In this document: positions 58,838 to 64,000 of the stretch, piece after piece | How the letters are laid out: each line of letters starts with the position of its first letter | How positions within the stretch are numbered: position 1 is the first letter of the stretch | Origin: an uncultured Brevibacillus sp. | GTDB taxonomy: Bacteria > Bacillota > Bacilli > Brevibacillales > Brevibacillaceae | Assembly (NCBI RefSeq): GCF_947502445.1 | Contig: NZ_CANMZW010000021.1 | Coordinates: 14,823-78,822, forward strand | Reading direction: 5' to 3' | Length of the DNA: 64,000 nucleotides | Made by a program: the position numbers and the translations under genes | Notes under the pieces: generated by a model | The model's input: only the letters and a program-made list of their open reading frames with translations | What the model was told of the DNA's origin: nothing | Databases searched by the model: none

Positions 58838-60055
58838 ATGTCTACAGCCTATTGGATTTCAAACGTTCGCTTGGAGAGCGGCTATCGCGTGGAAAATGAA
58901 AAAGTGGTGGCGACAAATACCGAAACCGCGCATTTGTTGATCGAGGATGGTCGTATCGCCCAAATCGTTTATGGAGACCTGCCACAGACCGAGCTGCCTA
59001 CGCAGAATGCAGGGGGACTTTTGGCGCTGCCGTCTTTCCGCGATATGCATATTCACATCGACAAAACGTATTATGGTGGTCCGTGGAAGGCGGTTACTCC
59101 GGTTAAAAATTTGCTGGGACGTCTGGATGAAGAGAGCAAGCTGATGCTGAAGCTGTTGCCAACGGCGCAGGAACGTGCGGAAAAAATGCTGGATTTGCTG
59201 TTGTCTGCGGGCTCCACCCAGGTTCGCACTCATTGCAATATCGATCCTTATATCGGATTAAAAAACCTGGAGGCGACACTGGCTGCTATGGAAACCTTTA
59301 GCGGCAAGCTCCAGTGTGAGGTAGTGGCGTTCCCACAGCAAGGTCTTCTGCGCAGCAATCAGGTGGAGAACATTCGCCAAGCTTTGAAAATGGGGGCGAC
59401 TTTTGTAGGTGGGGTTGATCCGGCAACCGTAGATCAAAACATCGAAAAGTCGCTGGCGACGATTTTTGAGCTGGCTGTAGAGGCAGATGCGCCGATTGAT
59501 GTCCATTTACATGACCCTGATCACCTGGGTATTTTCACCTTCAAGCGACTCGCGAAAATGACGGAGGAAGCGGGCTGGCAAGGACGCGTTACGATCAGCC
59601 ATGCGCTTGCTCTGGCTGACATCAGCTTGGCAGAAGCAAGAGAAGTAGCTGAAATGCTGGCTGGTCTGGGTATTTCAATTACCTCGACCGTTCCGGTGAA
59701 CCGAGCGACGATCCCGATTCCGCTTTTGCGTGACAAGGGTGTATCTGTATCGCTTGGTGACGACAGTATCACTGATCACTGGTCCCCGTTTGGTCGCGGA
59801 GACAGCCTGGAAAAAGCGGGAGTCTTGGCGGAGCGTTTCCGTATGCAGGACGAGCGCTCCCTGTCACAGGCGCTTGGATTCATCACGGGTGGCAAAACAC
59901 CGCTCGATAAAGAGGGCAACCGCATGTGGCCAAATGTGGGGGACGAGGCGGATATCGTCTTCGTCCATGCTACATCTTCAGCAGAGGCAGTGGCACGCAG
60001 AGCGAAGCGTCAGGCAGTTATGTTCCGTGGAAATGTCGTGTCGGGCGAGTTGTAA
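58838..60055 (+). CDS. Amidohydrolase, cytosine-deaminase-like (paralog 2)
   Basis: HIHIDKT, VRTHCN, VAFPQQG, DVHLHD, ISHALAL, GDDS. Confidence 0.88.
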   Translation: MSTAYWISNVRLESGYRVENEKVVATNTETAHLLIEDGRIAQIVYGDLPQTELPTQNAGGLLALPSFRDMHIHIDKTYYGGPWKAVTPVKNLLGRLDEESKLMLKLLPTAQERAEKMLDLLLSAGSTQVRTHCNIDPYIGLKNLEATLAAMETFSGKLQCEVVAFPQQGLLRSNQVENIRQALKMGATFVGGVDPATVDQNIEKSLATIFELAVEADAPIDVHLHDPDHLGIFTFKRLAKMTEEAGWQGRVTISHALALADISLAEAREVAEMLAGLGISITSTVPVNRATIPIPLLRDKGVSVSLGDDSITDHWSPFGRGDSLEKAGVLAERFRMQDERSLSQALGFITGGKTPLDKEGNRMWPNVGDEADIVFVHATSSAEAVARRAKRQAVMFRGNVVSGEL

Positions 60056-60122
60056 GACCACAAAAATGAAGAGTAGAAGAGGAGGCAAAACCAACGGGGT
60101 TTTAGCCTCCTTTTTCTTGTGT

Positions 60123-61335
60123 TCAGGACTGCTCTATCATGATCGGCAAGCTGTTGAGCGTAAATCCGTGCTTCAGGAGATGCTCCTCTGGTCGAAAGTC
60201 AGGTGCGAAACAGATGCTGGGAAATCTGCGTATGAAGGAGCTGAGCGCAATCTGTGTCTCCAATCGTGCTAATGGAGCGCCGAGACAGAAGTGCTCTCCA
60301 TTCCCGAAGGTCAAATGATCGCGGCTATTCTTCCGGGTGATATCAAACTGATCGGCATTTGCAAAATGACTCTCATCACGGTTAGCCGATGAAATCCAAG
60401 CAATAATGATGTCGCCTTTTTTCATCAGTGGCCCAAATATGTCCGTATCTTCTGTTACTGTGCGATCCATACTGGCTGTGAAGCGGTAGCGAAGAACTTC
60501 TTCAGCAGCCCCGGGAATCAGACTGGGATTTTCGCGCAACTTGGGGTAGATTCTCTCGTCTATAAAACTGTAGAAGGCATTTGTTAACCAGGTCGTAGTC
60601 GTTTCGTTTCCGGCGCCTAACAGTCCGATCCCTGTAAACGATTTCTTCGTCTTTTAGTCGTTCGCCATCGTATTCAGCTTGTGTCAGGTCAGAGAGGATA
60701 TCATTTTGGGGATTTTTGCGCTTATGCTGGACCAACGGCAATAGATACTCTGCGAAGGTCTGCATCGTTTGCCCCTTGAGCTTTGTCGTTTCTTCGATTC
60801 CTTCCGCATGATGTGGCATGAAAAGAATGTCTGACCATTCCTTGATTTTAGCCCAGTCCTGATTTGGAACTCCGAGCAGATCGGCGATTATCGTAACCGG
60901 GATGGGTACAGCAAAATCTTTCATCATATCAATGGGCTTTGACGTGTCCTCACTTGCGATTTTGTCGATTAGCACGTCCGCAACTGCTTGAATACGCGGC
61001 TTCCATGACTCGAGACTGCGAGGGGTGAAGGCTTTGGCAAGCAAACCCCGACGTTTTCGATGCACAGGTGGATCGGAGAAGGCAAGATTGACCCCGTTAT
61101 CCTGGACCGGAACGGGAATCAAACTGCGTTTGCGTTCGCTAGAGAATGTTGTGAAATCAGAGAGGACACGTTTGACATCATCGTATCGAAAGACGTTCCA
61201 AACGCGCTGGCCTTCATCGTAGAAAACAGGATGATGGTCTCGCATCTCTTTGTACCAGGGGTAAGGGTTCCAGCGTTCTGCATTTGATGTAAGCTTCGAG
61301 ATTTCGTTTAAAAAGATGATATCCAAAGTGGCCAT
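60123..61335 (-). pseudogene. Cytochrome P450 (CYP109/CYP106-like), frameshifted
   Basis: FSDPPVHRKRR; frame break near 60635 just before GLLGAGNETT; EEVLR, HLTFGNGEHFCLGAPLAR in the second frame. Confidence 0.85.
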
Positions 61336-61446
61336 TCTACAGTCCTCCTGCTTTTACTTGATGAACATATTGCTTTGGCAGTCAATGATTGTCACCAGTA
61401 ATCTGCCCGCCATGGGCAAAGCTTACCCGATTAAAGGAGAAGTCAA

Positions 61447-62310
61447 ATGAACTTTGTTGACCAGCTGATAAGCAAAAAAATCAAATTCCGCCCCATACCG
61501 CAGTGGGGATCGTACTTACGAAAACAATGGGAGAACACATTCGCCAATCATCTAACTGAGGATGAGAAAAAATCGATGTATCTAACTACCAGGGGAGGAT
61601 ATCTATGGCACCTGTTTAGTTATAATAGTAGGGAGTGTTTGGACCAAGACGCCGCCAATGAAGCTTTCGACAACGAAGAAAAAGGCGCGTGCTTTGTGTT
61701 TTACCAACATACCAATGATGCCATTCTCATCGAGGACGCTTCTCGCTTAAAAGTAGCGGATCTGCAAGGTAAGCGCGATTTTTATACAGATGATATGTAT
61801 ATCATGGATAAAAACGGAGAGTGGACGTATGTCATCACTCACGAAACGGGATGGTGTGGACCGTATTTTTGCCGGCAATCGGATGGCATAAACACAATGG
61901 AAAGGACGGGAAAAGAGATGCAGATTAAACTGACAAGCGTTTTTGTGGATGATCAGGATAAGGCTCACAAGTTTTATACCGAGGTGTTAGGGTTTGTCAC
62001 CAAAAGAGACATTCCTATTGGAGGAGCCAAATGGCTAACGGTCGTTTCTCCTGAGGAACCGGATGGAGTGGAGCTTTTGCTGGAGCCAAACGGGAATCCA
62101 GCCGCCACTGCTTATCAGAAAGCTATTTTTGACCAAGGAATTCCTGCTACGACCTTTCTTGTGGATGACGTTCAAAAAGAGTATGAGAGAATGAAGGAAC
62201 TGGGTGTCGCATTCAAGAAGGAGCCAACTACAGCAGGAGAGGTCATACTTGCTATTTTGAACGATACATGTGGAAACCTGATTCAAATCTATCAGGTCCA
62301 AGCACCATAA
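61447..62310 (+). CDS. DUF4275-like protein read through in frame into a VOC/glyoxalase protein (own RBS/ATG at 61918)
   Basis: N-half GGYLWHLFSY..WTYVITHE..GPYF; C-half MQIKLTSVFVDDQDKA..DTCGNLIQI. Confidence 0.7.
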   Translation: MNFVDQLISKKIKFRPIPQWGSYLRKQWENTFANHLTEDEKKSMYLTTRGGYLWHLFSYNSRECLDQDAANEAFDNEEKGACFVFYQHTNDAILIEDASRLKVADLQGKRDFYTDDMYIMDKNGEWTYVITHETGWCGPYFCRQSDGINTMERTGKEMQIKLTSVFVDDQDKAHKFYTEVLGFVTKRDIPIGGAKWLTVVSPEEPDGVELLLEPNGNPAATAYQKAIFDQGIPATTFLVDDVQKEYERMKELGVAFKKEPTTAGEVILAILNDTCGNLIQIYQVQAP

Positions 62311-62360
62311 AGAAGCAAGCAAAGCCTGATCTCGCTGTCATAGCGTTGATCAGGCTTTTT

Positions 62361-63422
62361 TTAGGTAAGAACAGGCTGTTTTTGATAGCCCCGCATGATG
62401 GAGGTAAGCAGCGTCTTGTCCATTGTGAGCTCACTGCGGTTTACTTTGCGTAAAAGCCCTTTTGTATTATCGGTTGGAAAGTGGAGTGTGCGAGTGAAAT
62501 ATTCTTTAAAAATGCCCATGGATGCGTGAAACACTTTTTCCTCTACTGTTAAGGGCTCGTTCGATTCATAGGGGATCGCCTGCAAATTAGGGAAATCCAG
62601 AACCTCCTTGATACATTCGATGACCAATTCCTGAGTGGGCGGAGCCGGATTGGAAGCGTGGTAGATCGTCTTGTTTTGGGCGTGTGTGAGCGCTGCTACC
62701 AAAACAGAGGTTACATAATCTACGGGAACGAGATTGGTCTGGACGTTTACATCCAACCGCATTCGGTATGTTTGGTTTTGCCAGCCCGCTGTCCGGGATG
62801 CTCTTCTTTTGAGGACACATAAACCTTTTAACAATCCATACAGGCCAAAATTCGTATCAGCTTCGCCCGTTCGCGAATCACCGATGATGATGGACGGTCT
62901 GACGATGACGACCTCCATTTTATCGCTATGGGAGATAACGAGATGTTCTGCCAGGCATTTGGATTCTTCGTAATGATTTACAAAAGATCGCTCTGGGCTG
63001 TACAGCTCTTCCTTTCCCGCGACTTCTTTCCCTACCGTATAAGCTGTGCTTACGTAGATAAAACGGCTTGCCCCGATTCCTTCAGCAAATAGCAGTGTGT
63101 TTTTCGTCCCGTCTACATTGACCGTAAACGTTTGCGTTTTATGGGCTGGATCAAAGGAGAGGTAGGCAGCCAGATGATACACCGCATCTATTTTGTGCTG
63201 GACGAGCTGCAGGTCCTGCTGAGTTAAACCGAGTCCTGGAAGCGAGACATCACCCATCACCATATGTATTTTTGATTTGACCTTATCGGCAAAGCTTTGC
63301 AGCAATTGGCTCGCTTTCTGTTCATTTCGTGCAAGCAGGAAAAGGGTATGGCCCTCATTTACTAAATCTTGTGATAGCTTTTTTCCGAGAAAACCAGTTG
63401 CTCCTGTTACGAGGATGTTCAT
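62361..63422 (-). CDS. Extended SDR / NAD-binding (male-sterility, thioester-reductase-like) protein
   Basis: VTGATGFLG, YHLAA, YVSTAY, YEESK, RPSIIIG. Confidence 0.88.
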   Translation of the reverse strand: MNILVTGATGFLGKKLSQDLVNEGHTLFLLARNEQKASQLLQSFADKVKSKIHMVMGDVSLPGLGLTQQDLQLVQHKIDAVYHLAAYLSFDPAHKTQTFTVNVDGTKNTLLFAEGIGASRFIYVSTAYTVGKEVAGKEELYSPERSFVNHYEESKCLAEHLVISHSDKMEVVIVRPSIIIGDSRTGEADTNFGLYGLLKGLCVLKRRASRTAGWQNQTYRMRLDVNVQTNLVPVDYVTSVLVAALTHAQNKTIYHASNPAPPTQELVIECIKEVLDFPNLQAIPYESNEPLTVEEKVFHASMGIFKEYFTRTLHFPTDNTKGLLRKVNRSELTMDKTLLTSIMRGYQKQPVLT

Positions 63423-63569
63423 TTGATTTAACCAGCTCCGTACTCTTTCGATATAGGGTGAACTTTTAAGGTGTAGCGAGGGGATATAAATATATCAATA
63501 TTTAATTATATCGAAAGAGAGCGGATGTGACGGAGGAGGTTGGAACGATCTGGTGAACGATGCACCTTA

Positions 63570-63998
63570 TTACCTCTTTTCCTGTACGCCAAAACGGGAA
63601 AACAACTGCCATATCAGTTCCCTGCGACTAGTCACTCCGGTTTTTACAAAAATCGATTTCAGATGATCCTGCACGGTATAAGCAGAGATGTGATACGTGT
63701 TTGCCAATTCTTTTGTAGAAAAGCCTCTGACGATTCCCTCCAATATTTGTTTTTCTCGCTCCGATAAACCGTATGCTTCGGAAACGAGAGGGAGCATGTC
63801 AGCGGGCTTGGCGGGCTCGAACCAGACGGCGATATGGATAGTATTGCTTACCCCGTGCATCAGACTGGCTTGGAGAGTGAGATAAGGTCCATCAGGCATA
63901 CGGATACATACTTTTGCCATGGAGGCTTGTCCCTGTGGCGCTGGATGCTCGGATAGTGCACGGGAACAGACAGCCCGGATTGGTCTGGGCAGTGTTTG
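63570..63998 (-). CDS. LuxR-type HTH regulator, 3' part (runs off window)
   Basis: LSEREKQIL..STKELA..ISAYTVQDHLKSIFVKTGVTSRREL; frame open to window edge. Confidence 0.85.
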   Translation of the reverse strand, partial: QTLPRPIRAVCSRALSEHPAPQGQASMAKVCIRMPDGPYLTLQASLMHGVSNTIHIAVWFEPAKPADMLPLVSEAYGLSEREKQILEGIVRGFSTKELANTYHISAYTVQDHLKSIFVKTGVTSRRELIWQLFSRFGVQEKR

Positions 63999-64000
63999 TT

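Overview
A 64 kb chromosomal window from a spore-forming Firmicute. Gene content and style suggest Paenibacillaceae, probably Brevibacillus (inference). (1) 1-12.2 kb is an accessory zone of short, unrelated, variably oriented genes of mixed GC content. It holds a disrupted XerD-like tyrosine recombinase (771-1578) and about 9-11 co-oriented copies of a ~27-bp imperfect-palindrome site (core RCTAACGGG-N5-TAG) at gene boundaries, three of them arranged as site-hairpin-site modules. This looks like an integron-like gene-cassette array and is the most interesting signal. (2) 12.4-18.5 kb: an orphan phage-tailspike-like repeat protein, an Rrf2/oxidoreductase pair, a methyltransferase and pepT. (3) 18.7-27.2 kb: PLP-related genes, two MocR regulators and ddl, with a dense run of internal-deletion pseudogenes. 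(4) 27.5-45.2 kb: a large sugar/polyol locus with a sigma54-driven galactitol-class PTS with its own EI and HPr, an acetoin-dehydrogenase-like E1a/E1b/E2/E3 complex, a glucitol-class PTS without srlD, an NAD/SAF oxidoreductase and a SorC-family regulator, tied together by a shared tandem operator. (5) 45.7-64 kb: ordinary accessory metabolism and regulation (MFS, bdh, LacI, MerR, FAD oxidoreductase, TraB, MCP, tandem amidohydrolases, frameshifted P450). No rRNA, tRNA or CRISPR array was seen. All family assignments are by eye from motifs; no database search was run.
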